Source: Malacoraja senta
Taxonomy: Eukaryota
DNA length: 64,000 nucleotides
NCBI GenBank assembly: GCA_038087875.1
Contig: CM075996.1
Location: 7,132,001-7,196,000 of the forward strand
Reading direction: 5' to 3'
In this document: one piece after another, positions 12,235 through 23,656 of the stretch
Layout: each line of letters starts with the position of its first letter
Position numbering within the stretch: the stretch's first letter is position 1
Notes under the pieces: model-generated
Seen by the model: only the letters and a program-made list of their open reading frames with translations
Databases searched by the model: none
Told to the model about the DNA's origin: nothing
Program-made: the position numbers and the translations under genes

Positions 12235-12360
12235 AATCTAGCCACAGTCGGCGACTTCCACGTTGAAATGCAGGAGACGGACTACTTGCAGTTTTGCTCG
12301 TCACAATTTAGTCCCTGAACATCCAGATTGAGCCGTGTGTCTGAGAAAAGGGAGAGCGCA

Positions 12361-13266
12361 TATAGGGAGGTTTCACGGCAGTCGGGTCACGACCCCATGA
12401 CCCGTACTGTTGCTACGCTACGCCAAATGGATTACATGCGATGAACTGTGGGTAGGCACTTACCATTGTTTCCAGCGTAGCGGGCCCGTTAAAACACGCC
12501 GAAATTGTCAAATTTTGCGCTGTAAATAATTATGGAAATCGGGATAAGCGTGAGAGACATTTAGCCTACTTCAGAATTCAAAAAGTGAGGAGAAATGACG
12601 GTAGATAGAAGCGAGAGCTGAAGGGACAACAACAGCCAGAGTGCTTGGGGAACATTGGCCGTTTGCTCACTGCATTTCATCAACTAAGGCATTATTTGTG
12701 TTTTTTCTTGATTCCTTTGGCATCTAAAAAGTTTCAGAAGGGATAAATCTGTCTGTAAAATTTTTAAATCGCCCATGGTTCTCGTGGGTTTTTACATACA
12801 AAAATAAAACGCCTCTGAAGCTAAATTTACAACCAGATTTACCACTTCTGAGACTTTTTAGATACCAAAGAAATCAAGAAAAAAAAACAAATAATGCCTT
12901 ACCGTTGATGAAATGCAGTGAGCAAACGCGATAATTCCCAATAATTTTCAATTCCGATATCTGCACGGCCAATGTTCACCAAGCACTTTAGCTGTTGTTG
13001 TCCCTTCAGCTCTCGCTTCTCTTTACCTTCATTTCGCTTCACTTTTGGAATTCTGAAGTTGGATACATGTCTCTCACACTTACCCCGACTTCCACAATTT
13101 TTTACAGCGAAAAAATTCAACATTTTGGCCTTTTTTAACAGGTAGGAAAGTACGCGTTTCTTGCATTAATAACATATACCGGAAGTGACGGATGTCCTCC
13201 AGATGGATTGAGCGGCTCCGTGCGTCAAGCCCTATGACCCAGTGACCTTTCGTGAAACCTCCCTAT
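12361..13266. mobile_element. Non-autonomous DNA transposon with long internal inverted arms (possibly ISL2EU/Harbinger group)
   Basis: Terminal inverted TATAGGGAGGTTTCACG / CGTGAAACCTCCCTATA (includes a possible AT or TA TSD). Internal inverted arms ~12500-12745 and ~12845-13125. Confidence 0.8.
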
Positions 13267-13271
13267 AGAAG

Positions 13272-13497
13272 TTTGGAGTTACTCAGCGGGACAGGCAGCA
13301 TCTCTGGAAAGAAGGAATGGGTGACGTTTCGTGTCGAGAACCTTCTTCAGATTGCTGGTTCAGACTCCTAGTCTGAAGAAGGGTCTCAGCCGAAACGTCA
13401 CCAATTCTTTCTCTACAGATATGCCGCCTGTCCCGCTGAGTTACTCCAGCATTTTGTGTCTACGGTTTAAACCAGCATCTGCAGTTCCTTCCCACAC
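13272..13497. mobile_element. Back-to-back palindromic Penelope pLTR unit with hammerhead motifs on both strands
   Basis: Minus motif ~13323-13350 and plus motif 13373-13399, flanked by inverted GAGT(A/T)ACTCAGCGGGACAGGCAGCATCT arms. Confidence 0.7.
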
Positions 13498-14178
13498 ATA
13501 TAGAAGTCTGTTTTGTTTTGCATTTATCGTGGAATCTATGAATACCTCCATTATGTGGTCTGTCCTAGAATATGGTCCAATGTGCGTCTTGGTGTTCTGT
13601 CACTGAATGCAATGTGTTACAGCAACTGATTCATTGTCTGAACCTTGGTACACAGACTTAACCATGCTGTCGACCTGGGAAGTCTGTCGTCGCAGTGTTT
13701 GAAGCTCAATACTCTTTGCTGATCTTGCGCAAAACTATCACCCTGATTTTTGTAATAACCCTTGGCATGTCCGCGGCAAAGTGGCGCAGTGGTAGAGCTG
13801 GTGCCTCACAGCGCCAGAGACCCCGGATCGATCCTGACTATGGGTGTTGTCTGTAAGGAGTTTGTACGTTCACCATTTGACCGCATGAATACTCCCCGTG
13901 TGCCCTCGCACTCCAAAGACGTAAAGGAGGTTTGTAGGTTAATTGGCTTCAGTAAAAAATTGTTAATTTTACTTCGGAGTCACGTGAGTGACTACGTGAA
14001 GAACCCGTCCAGCACGCATGCGCGACATTAGCGTTCACGCAGTGCAACAGCGACGAACGGGAGTACAGGCGCTCCCGCTACAAGTTTAAAAAGCGGACCA
14101 TCAGGTAAGTACTTTCTCTGAGGTCGTATTCAAGAAACTTTGCTCTGCTTTGTCAATTCCAGGAAGAAGCTGGGGAAA

Positions 14179-15428
14179 ATGAGCAAAGCACGGCAAGGGA
14201 AAAAGACCGCCCCCCGTTCGACTCCAACAGAACGGGAGTGTCCCATCAGTGGGGGGCGAGAGGCGGCACCTGGACCGCACATGCAGCGGCACACCCTCAT
14301 TGAGACCGAGCCGAGCCCAGTACCGCTAGCGCAGCCTGACCAACAGCAGCGGGCTGGAGGCAAATCAAGACAAAAAACTAACCGGACGGTTATTTCTGAT
14401 TCCATTGAGGAGGACTCTCCGCCTGAGAGCGGCAGAGCTAGCCGCATGGAAAGGCTCATGGAGCAAATGCTCCAGCGAGACTTGCTTCGGGAGCTGGAGC
14501 AGTCTCGCCAAGGGAACTCAGGCACTCCCACATCAGTGCCCTACAATGCACTGGCCATCGCTTCTCCCTCAGCCGAGGGCAGCGTTGGCGACCAGGGCTG
14601 GGCTGGTCAGGGACAGGGGTCATTGGCTGAAGATATCGGGAGTACGCTTGGGGTACAGGATCAGGAAGAGCTGCTGGGTGTGGTGAATCACTACGTGGTT
14701 ACACCACGAACAGGGCGGCCGTTGCAGCCAAAACTGGCGGCCAGCATTAACCACCTGTCCCTCAAACCCCTACAAGAACAGGTAGTCAATGAGGCACTGG
14801 AACTCTATTCGCCTCCGGAAAACTGCAGTTCCCTCAACGTGCCGGCCGTTAACAGCCAAATCTGGGGTTTGTTGGACAGAGTATCTGGAACCAGGAGCTA
14901 AAATTACAACGTATCCTCAAGCTCCTGACGACAGGGATAACATCCTATGCTCGTTCCGTGGATGGGGTGGATATGACCACCAACTAGCAAGACACTCTGG
15001 CTCTGCTGTGTAACACTCAATATGAGATCAACAACCTCCGCAAGGAGATAATAAGACCTGCCCTCAATCCCAAATATGCAGGACTGTGTAAAACACCGGC
15101 CTCAGAGCCACAGATCCTGTTATTTGGAAAGGTCTTGACAAAAAAAGTGAAAGACCTGGAGGGAAGAGTCCAAAGCATTCGGCCTCATGAGGGCAGGCCC
15201 CGGCACGAGCAGACCCACACAACCCAGACGGCAGTACCCCACCGCGTTCACCAGTCGACGTCAAACTTATGGGACTGGTGAAAGCTCGGGGTCCGCATAC
15301 CATCCCCGAAAGCCTTTTTTAGGCCAGGGCCCAGAGCGGACCCCATGGAAAATGCGCCACCCCCAATCAGCAGTACATCAGCAGTACAACGACGGATGAA
15401 CAAACGGAAGAAAGGAACACTCCCATAA
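14179..15428 (+). pseudogene. DIRS gag-like ORF1, frameshifted
   Basis: ORF 14140-14901 (...PPENCSSLNVPAVNSQIW) continues after frameshifts as QELKLQRILK...INNLRKEIIRPALNPKYAGLCK...LLFG, typical of DIRS gag. 3' boundary approximate. Confidence 0.75.
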
Positions 15429-15430
15429 CT

Positions 15431-17325
15431 ATGGAGGTAGGTGGGTCTGGTTCCTACCAGCATATAAAAAGTGGGGGACTGTACTAACAGAGGGGAGATT
15501 ACACCTGTTCTTGAAGGCATGGAGGTGTCTCACGAATGATAGTTATATACTTAACAGTATTCGGGGATACAAAATAGAGTTCATTCAAGAAAACATGCCA
15601 CCAGTTCAGCACGTACCCCAAAGGGTCTTTACCCTCTCAGTCAAAGAAAAACTAGAGGCTCAAGCAGAACTGGTGAGGTTACTTACAAAGGGTGTCATTG
15701 AGAAATCCAAACATGAGCCTTTGGAATTTGTCTCAAAAATATATTTACCAAAAACAAAAAAGATGGTGGATGTCGCATCATCATTGACTTAACCTCACTA
15801 AATACCTTTGTTAAGTATGTACATTTCAAAATGGAAACATTTGTAACTGCCAAACAACTGATTTCCAAAGGATACTTTATGGCAAGCATTGATTTAAAAG
15901 ATGCCTACTATTCAGTACCCATTCATAAGGGTCATCGCAGATACCTGAAATTTACCTGGATGGGGCAACTATGGCAGTATAAAGTGTTGCCTAATGGGTT
16001 AACATCAGCTCCTAGACTATTTACCAAGATATTAAAACCAGCCTTGGCAACATTAAGAAAACAAAGACATATTGTCATGGCATAACTTGATGATATTCTA
16101 ATAGTAGGCAAAACCATGGAGTTGGCTAAATCAGCTGTATTAGCTACAAACAATTGTTTGAAACCCTGGGATTTGTCATACATCCAGATAAATCTAAGTT
16201 GACGCCATCCACAACTATGGACTATCTGGGATTCACAATTAACTCAGTCCACATGTCTGTAACGTTGCCAAAACATAAAGCAGCAGAATTGTCACAGACG
16301 TGTAACAATTTAATGGTTAGCAATCGACCAATCATCCGACAAGTGGCAAGAGTAATTGGCAAAATGGTAGCAGCATTTCCAGCTACACAATTTGGACCCC
16401 TGCACTATCAGAACCTACAAAGGGCAAAAGTACAGGCGTTAAAACGACATGCAGGTCACTGACCGAACCATGAAATTACCCATTGAAGCTATATCAGAGT
16501 TACAGTGGTGGATAGAGCACATTTGGCATAGTTCCAGCCCTATCATCATCAAAAACCCAACATTAACTATACAAACAGATGCCAGTGCTCAAGGCTGGGG
16601 AGCAACTAATACCATATCCAGCACGGGTGGTAGATGGACTAACCTAGAATCATCTTTACTACAAACACTGGGCATAAATTATTTGGAAATGTTGGGTGCG
16701 TTTTATGGTTTAAAAGCATATTCCACGAATATGCACCATCTGCATGTTCGTTTACAAATTAATAATACCACGGTGGTAGCCTATATTAACCATATGGGCA
16801 GAATAAAATCAATATCATGTGACAATTTGGTCAACCAAATCTGGCAATGGTGTGTCAAAAGACATATTTGGCTATCAGCAACGTACCTACCAGGTAAGCT
16901 AAATACAGTGGCAGACACCAGGTCACGCAAATTCAATGATAACACCGAATGGATGTTAAATCCTAGAGCTTTTGCTAAAATTACAAAGCAATATGGCACA
17001 CCAGATATCGATCTCTTTGCATCCAGACTAAATCACCAGGTACCAATGTATGTCGCTTGGGAACCAGACCCTGAGGCAGCAGCGATAGATGCATTCGCGC
17101 TGAACTGGGGAAACTATTTATTTTATGCTTTTCCCCCCTTCTGCCTCATCAGTAGGGTACTACGCAAAATACAGATGGACTCCGCTTCAGGTATTTTGAT
17201 AGTACCCGTCTGGCCTACACAGCCATGGTTCCCAGTGGTCCTCGACATGGTCATCGAAACTCCTATGACCTTTCCCAGTAGCCCAGACTTATTGACTCAC
17301 CCTACTACTGGGTTGCAGATTATGA
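15431..17325 (+). pseudogene. DIRS reverse transcriptase - RNase H - DNA N6-adenine methyltransferase-like ORF, disrupted
   Basis: Motifs SIDLKDAYYSVPI and LPNGLTSAPRLFTK. The YLDD catalytic motif reads A*LDD (TAA at 16083-16085). RNase H TDASAQGWG and INYLEMLG; MT motifs DLFASRLN, YAFPPF, VWPTQPW. Several frameshifts. Confidence 0.92.
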
Positions 17326-18299
17326 AAAGACCATTACTGGGCCTGGGATTATCTGACAGGACCATCAACACCATGACAGCGTCCCACCGTATGTCCACCA
17401 GGAAACAATACCTATCGAGCATCAGGAAGTGGGAAAGATACTGCTCGACTACAGGGACAACATACTCATCTGCAACCATAACCAATGTACTGGAGTTCCT
17501 GGCTGGCCTTCACCATTATGAAGGACTGAGCTACAGCGCCATCAACACTGCCAGAAGTGCTCTGTCAGCCTACTTAAAACAAGTACCAGGACAACAGGCC
17601 ATAGGGTCTCACCCGCTGGTGATCAAACTCATGAGGGGTATATTCAACTCCACCCCCACTAGACCTAGGTACACCAAAATCTGGGATGTCAGTGTGGTCC
17701 TGACATACCTAAGGGGATGGTCACCAGCCAGGTCTCTCACCCTGGAACAGCTAACCCTGAAAACGGTCATGCTGATGGCACTAGTCTCAGCACAAAGAGT
17801 CCAGTCCCTCCACTTACTGCGACTGGACAACATGGTTATAACACCAGACTGGGTCTCATTCACCATTCAGGAGCTGGTAAAGCAGAGCAGGCCAGGAACT
17901 TCAGGCCTAGTTATGGATTTCCGGGCATACCCACCTGACCCACAGTTGTGTGTCATGACTCACCTACTCACTTACATCAACACAATAAGAGATTCCCGAG
18001 GGAGAGAAAAAGCCTTATGGGTCAGCCACAAGAAACCTCATGGTCGGGTGTCGAGCCAAACCATCTCAAGATGGCTCAAGCAGGTACTGGGAGCTGCTGG
18101 AGTAGATACTGATGTATATACATCTCACTTCACCAGGGCAGCATCCACATCGGCGGCTAAAAGGATGGACGTACCACTGGACCACATCTTGGCTACAGCG
18201 GGGTGGTCCATGGAGAAAACGTTCCAAACGTTCTACAACAAGCCGCTAGCAGAACCTGTGTTATTTGCAGAAAGAGTTTTAGAATCTGCAAATATATAA
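17322..18299 (+). CDS. DIRS tyrosine recombinase (C-terminal part of ORF 16449-18299)
   Basis: GLSYSAINTARSALS, WDVSVVL, catalytic R (AQRVQSL), HxxR (HFTR), AGW and TFQTFY tyrosine. Frame open to the stop. Confidence 0.88.
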   Translation: MKRPLLGLGLSDRTINTMTASHRMSTRKQYLSSIRKWERYCSTTGTTYSSATITNVLEFLAGLHHYEGLSYSAINTARSALSAYLKQVPGQQAIGSHPLVIKLMRGIFNSTPTRPRYTKIWDVSVVLTYLRGWSPARSLTLEQLTLKTVMLMALVSAQRVQSLHLLRLDNMVITPDWVSFTIQELVKQSRPGTSGLVMDFRAYPPDPQLCVMTHLLTYINTIRDSRGREKALWVSHKKPHGRVSSQTISRWLKQVLGAAGVDTDVYTSHFTRAASTSAAKRMDVPLDHILATAGWSMEKTFQTFYNKPLAEPVLFAERVLESANI

Positions 18300-21200
18300 T
18301 TTAAGCCCGGGGGAGCATTATTCTTTTGTTATTGTTTAATAAATACTATTATTGTTTACAAACAGATTCATGGTTGATTACGATAACATACTTCCTCCTT
18401 TGAATGACTTCGGCAGCGAGTGAGGTATGAACTGTTACACGGTTTGAAATCACAGAGCTTTAAAATCTTCACGTAGTCACTCACGTGACTCCGAAGTAAA
18501 ATAGTAAGATTAAACGAGAACTTACCAGTTTGATCTGTATTTTATGAGGAGTTACGATGAGGGATTACGTGCCCTCCGCTCCCACCCTCAATTATAGAGA
18601 TCAACTGGTATCTTAGTTCTCCTTTTTCTTTACTATGTTTATTTCAATTATTGTGTTTCCTGTGATTCCACACCGCTGCTTTGAAGTATGTCGCGCATGC
18701 GTGCTGGACGGGTTCTTCACGTAATCCCTCATCATAACTCCTCATAAAATACAGATCAAACTTCAAACTGGTAAGTTCTCGTTTAATCTTACTATTGTCC
18801 CTTGTGTGTACGAGTGTTAGTGTATGAGAGTGATCGCTGGTCGGCACGGACTCGGTGGGCCGAAGGATTTGTTTCCACGTTGTACGTCTAAAGTGTTGTC
18901 TGTGTGGAGTTTTCACGTTCTCCCTGTGGCCTCGTGGGTTTTGCTCCGGTTTCCTCCCACACGCCAAAGACGTGCAGGTTTGTTGGTTAATTGGCTTCGG
19001 CAAATTGTCCCTAGTGTGTAGGATAGAACTAGTGTACGGGTGATCGTTTGGTGTGGGCCGAAGGGCCTGTTTCCACACTGTATCTCTAAACTAATCCTAA
19101 GCGTATCTCTAAACTAATCCTAAGCCTCTTTCTCCTGTCTTGGCCAGGCTATTCTTTACATAACATTTTTTTCAGTGCTGGTAATCTTCCATTCCGCAGA
19201 CTTCTCCGATCCACCTCCTCTGTGCTGGTTGTCTCTGTGTGCCAGGACCTCAGCATTGGTCATTCTTTGGCAGCATGAAACTGCTTGTGCTATCTGCAGC
19301 AGCTCAATGTCTAAAAACCATGGTAAACTGTAGAAAAGTAATGTAATTTAGTGCTTTTGATGAAGATAAATATGACTCTCCCACAGAGGCATTGTCCTAA
19401 TTGATTTGATTTAGTTTGTATAAATTAGCCATTTATTATGCTCTGATATTGATTTTTCACAAACCACATTTGTCAACTGTGGCAGCAAGTTGAGATCTCA
19501 AATCCTGCCTTTAATGTAGTGATTCACACGTTCTTAAACCAAAGTACAATTGTGATCACTTAAACATATTCAGTGTCAAGCTTAAGATTGTATGATAACA
19601 CGGCAGCTATTCTGCATGCATTAAGATCTGTGTATAAAATAATAGATGCAAATATGTACATAACTAGCAAGAATTCATGGGATTTAAATGGTGGCACAGT
19701 GATTAAATTGTTGCACTCGTCATCCAGAGACTCTGAGGTATAATATGTAGGAAGGAACTGCAGATGCTGCTTTAAACCAAAGACCGACACAAAAAGCTGG
19801 AGTAACTCAGCGGGTCAGGCAGCATCTCTGGAGACAAGGGTCTCGACCTGAAACATTCTCCAGAGATGCTGCTGAACTGCTGAATTACTCCAGCTTTTTG
19901 TGTCTGTCTTCGCTCTTGATTCCAGAAATCAGTTCTAATCCCAGCAGGGCACCTGTGGAATTTAAATTTGTTAACTGTGTTTTTTTTTTTAATTGATCTT
20001 TTGTAGTATAGTTTTACGGATATCATTACATTACGTCAAAGTCCATGTGGTTCACTAATGTTCAGGACAGCGAATCTGCCACTATGTCATGTTGTCACTT
20101 GTGGGCGGAGCACCAAGGCAAATTCCTTGTATGTGAATACTTGGGCCAATGAACTTATTCATTAACTCCTGAACATAAACTATACCTGTTCAGATCTGTA
20201 TGGTTCTGTGTCTATGGCTTGCCTTTCAAAAGGTGATCATACACTATTCAGGATTAACATCCTTAAACTCTGACAAGCCACTACCAAGTTGTTTAGAGAT
20301 CCTGACAGTTCAGAATCTTGCTTCTTGGGGCCCTGTTTGCACACTCTACCCCCTTCCCTCCCCCCCTCCCCCAACTCACTACACACACAGGAAAACTACT
20401 ATGAGGTATCTTTTTTTAAAGTGAATTAATAGCGCTTTAATAAGAATAACATGTCATATTCCAGGAAATCTACCACTCCCAAGGTCCTGAGAGTGATGGA
20501 TTAGCCGGGTCTTCTGATCTTTACCTCTGCTTGCCACACTTCTCAGTGAAGCTTGCATCCTAACATATGAACAAATCGCCTGTATTTGCTTAAGATAGAT
20601 GCAAAAAAAACTGGAGTGACTCAGTGGGTCAGATGGCATCTCTGGAGAAATAGAACAGGTGACCCTTCTGCTCGAGAGAAGGGTCTCGACCCGAAACGCC
20701 ACCTATTCCTTCTTGTGTCTTCTCTTCGATTCACAGATCACCTGCAGTGCCTTCCTACACATCTTGTATCTGCTTCGCCAGTTCCTCTCTTCTCATGATA
20801 TTCAGCGTAAAAAGGTGATAAGTCAAGATAAGAAGGGTTTCGGCCCGAAACGTTACCTGTTTCCTTCGCTCCATAGATGCTGCTGCACCCGCTGAGTTTC
20901 TCCAGCATTTTTGTGTACCTTCGATTTTCCAGCATCTGCAGTTCCTTCTTTAACACAGTCAAGATAATTCAGTTGGTTCAGTGGCCTGATAACAGCTGGG
21001 AAGAAACTGTCCATGAATCTGGAGGTAGACAAAAATGCTGGAGAAACTCAGCGGGTGAGGGCAGCAACTCGGTGAGTCGCAACCCGAAACGTCACCTATT
21101 TCCTTCGCTCCATAGATGCTGCCTCACCCGCTGAGTTTCTCCAGCATTTTTGTCTACCTTCCATTTTCCCAGCATCTGCAGTCCTTTCTGAAACATGAAT

Positions 21201-21512
21201 CTGGAGGTGTGCGCTTTCACACTTCTATACCTCTTGCCTGATGGGAGAGGGGAGAAGAGGGAGTGAGACTGGTCCTTCATTATGCCGCTGGCCTTGCCGA
21301 GGCAGCGGGAAGTGCAGATGGAGTCAGTGGAAGGGAGGTTGGTTTGTGTGATGGTCTGGGCTGCGTCCACAACTCTCTGCATTTTCTTGCAGTCTTGCAG
21401 CACTATCTCAGACTGTGCAAGTTCCTGTTGTCCGAACGTGCAGTTTTCCTGACTTAATGTGCAATCTACTTGATCAAAACTAATGAAAACACTTTTTTCT
21501 TCACCTTTCCAG

Positions 21513-21595
21513 GTAAACGAGGCCATAAGGGGAGGGCAAAGCAATTTACAAACCCAGATGAGATTGATGCTCAGATGAAAGCAGAGAAAGAAAAG
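21513..21595 (+). CDS. PDAP1: PDAP1-like coding exon 2 ([28 protein letters not shown])
   Basis: Acceptor ttttttcttcacctttccag. Translation resembles human [25 protein letters not shown]. Ends AAG|gcaagt (GC donor, phase 0). Confidence 0.92.
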
Positions 21596-23590
21596 GCAAG
21601 TGCATATTAAACCTCCCTGCTCATCGGCCTCCGCAACTCCTTTACACAGCGCTTTTAACCAGTGAGATGCCTTGAGTTCCTCCGTGCACGTGGGCATAGC
21701 AAATAGAATTGGACAGCAGGCTACATGAGAAAATACAAAAATGATTCGCAAAAGAATATCTTTGGGAAATGAGGGGATGGGAAGCTTCTCCGTGTAAATT
21801 CAAAGCTTCCGGTAGCTAGGTTAATGTGGAGGGGCACGTCAGGAGCATTTGTTATTGCGAATTGTGGCGCAGCGGTAGAGTCGCTGCCTTACAGCGCTAG
21901 AGACCCGGGTTCAATCCTGACTGCGGGTACTGTCTGTACGGAGTCTGCATGTTGTCCCCGTGACCGCGTGCTCCATTTTGCTCGCTCATTCCAATTGAGT
22001 AGGTTAATTGGCTTCTGCTAATCGTTTCCAGTGTGTTCGATATGGGGTGATCATTGGTTGGTGCAGACACAGTGGGCCAAAGGGCCCGTTTCCACGCTGT
22101 ATCTCTGAATTAAACTAAAATATTGATATTCCTTTTATCATTGAGTTCCGAACATGGGTATCATGAGTCTGAGGTAGAGAGTGCTGAAGGGTACTCAGAA
22201 GTAGGGTCTCGACCCGAAACGTCACCCATTCCTTCTATCTAGAGATGCTGCCTGTCCCGCTGAGTTACTCCAGCATTTTGGTTTCAACCAGCATCTGCGG
22301 TTCCTTCCGACACATTTTATTTACAGGCTACTTTGTGGATCGCCATTATATTGCCGCTGGCTGTGTGTTAGCTGTGGCTCAGTGAGTGTAGACCCTCCAG
22401 AGCATTAGAAAGTGATTGTTGCATCAATGGTGCAGTTCCTCCACCGCTACCAGTACAGGGGAAGTTGAACAGTCTCGTTGTTAGCAAGTACATACTCTGC
22501 ATGTCGGGGTGAATTCAAGTTTGGAGCAGAGGCCACTTTGGCCAGAATAGGCTTGTATGACATTGCCGTTTCACCTGGCCAAGATGTGTTTTATCCAGCA
22601 TGTTGTGTCCATGGGTAGGGCAGGTTTGGAGGGACATGGACCAAATGCTGGCAGGTGTGACTAGTGTAGCTGGGACATGTTGGCCGGTGTAGGCAAGTTG
22701 GGCCGAAGGACCTGTTTCCCACACTGGGGCACTTTATGAATCATAGATTCATACTGATGATGGGTTAGGAAAAGTGGAAGACAGGCTGTGAGTGTTTGAG
22801 TGAATTAACCGTCTGCAGTTTCTTTCGTTTAGTAGATACTGGTAGCATTAGGTGATGAGAGCAGGTATTGAGCGGGGTGGTTCTGGGATGCCAGAACTAA
22901 CTGTTGAGCCCTTCCCAAGGTGTTGTGGATCTAACTCAACGAAACACCAGTGAAGGGAGGTGCCCACTTGATAACCCCCAATGATATAATTACATCTGCA
23001 CAATCGTTTTTTTTTTTGGTGCTTGTTAACATGTAGGTAGCTGATCATTGCATATCGAGGTAGTTATTGTCCTTGGCATAAGTTTGTATAATCAGTTCAG
23101 GTATAATCAGATTTCTTGGTTGAGTGCTTATCCTGGCATTATAGCACAAGTAACTTTGTATTTTAATTATGATTTAGCACGGAAATAGGCCCTTCGGCCC
23201 AACCTTCCTATGCCAACCAAGATACCCCATTGCACTAGTTCTACCTGCCCCGTGTTTGGCCCACATCCTTTCCTGTCTATGTACTTGTTCTATTGTCTTT
23301 TCTGCGGATGTTCCAAAACACTGCTCACAAGTTGATCAATGTTAAATGGAGGTAAACAAAAATGCTGGAGAAACTCAGCGGGTGAGCAGCATCTATGGAG
23401 CGAAGGAAATAGGCAACGTTTCGGGTCGAAACCCTTCTACAGACTCAATGTTAAATGGATATGTGGTTATATTGCTCCCAGGTTTACTGCTGATGTTGGA
23501 AATTGTTCGATTAAAAATGCAGATTTATTATTTACTGACTTAACGCGTCTGTTGATATCCCAGTTAATGAGTTTGTCTTTAAATCTTTAG

Positions 23591-23656
23591 GCCAAAGATC
23601 TACCTGAGAGCACGGGTGATGCTGATTCTGAAGAAAGCAGTGAAGATGATTCTGAG
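23591..23656 (+). CDS. PDAP1: PDAP1-like coding exon 3 (AKDLPESTGDADSEESSEDDSE), acidic region
   Basis: tctttag acceptor and GAG|gtgagt donor, phase 0/0. Acidic Ser-rich segment equivalent to human SLDSDESEDEE. Confidence 0.85.

Larger units (their letters stand above)
13966..18796 (+). mobile_element. Full-length DIRS1-type tyrosine-recombinase retrotransposon (defective) in PDAP1 intron 1
   Basis: gag, RT/RNaseH/methyltransferase and YR coding regions. 36-bp ITR at 13993-14028 and 18688-18723. ICR 18466-18571 is complementary to both termini. ATT at both junctions; splits a SINE. Confidence 0.95.

Noticed and set aside
16950..17260. DNA adenine methyltransferase as a bacterial contaminant or HGT
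   Set aside because: The MT-like domain is a normal component of DIRS1-type elements and is embedded in one here.
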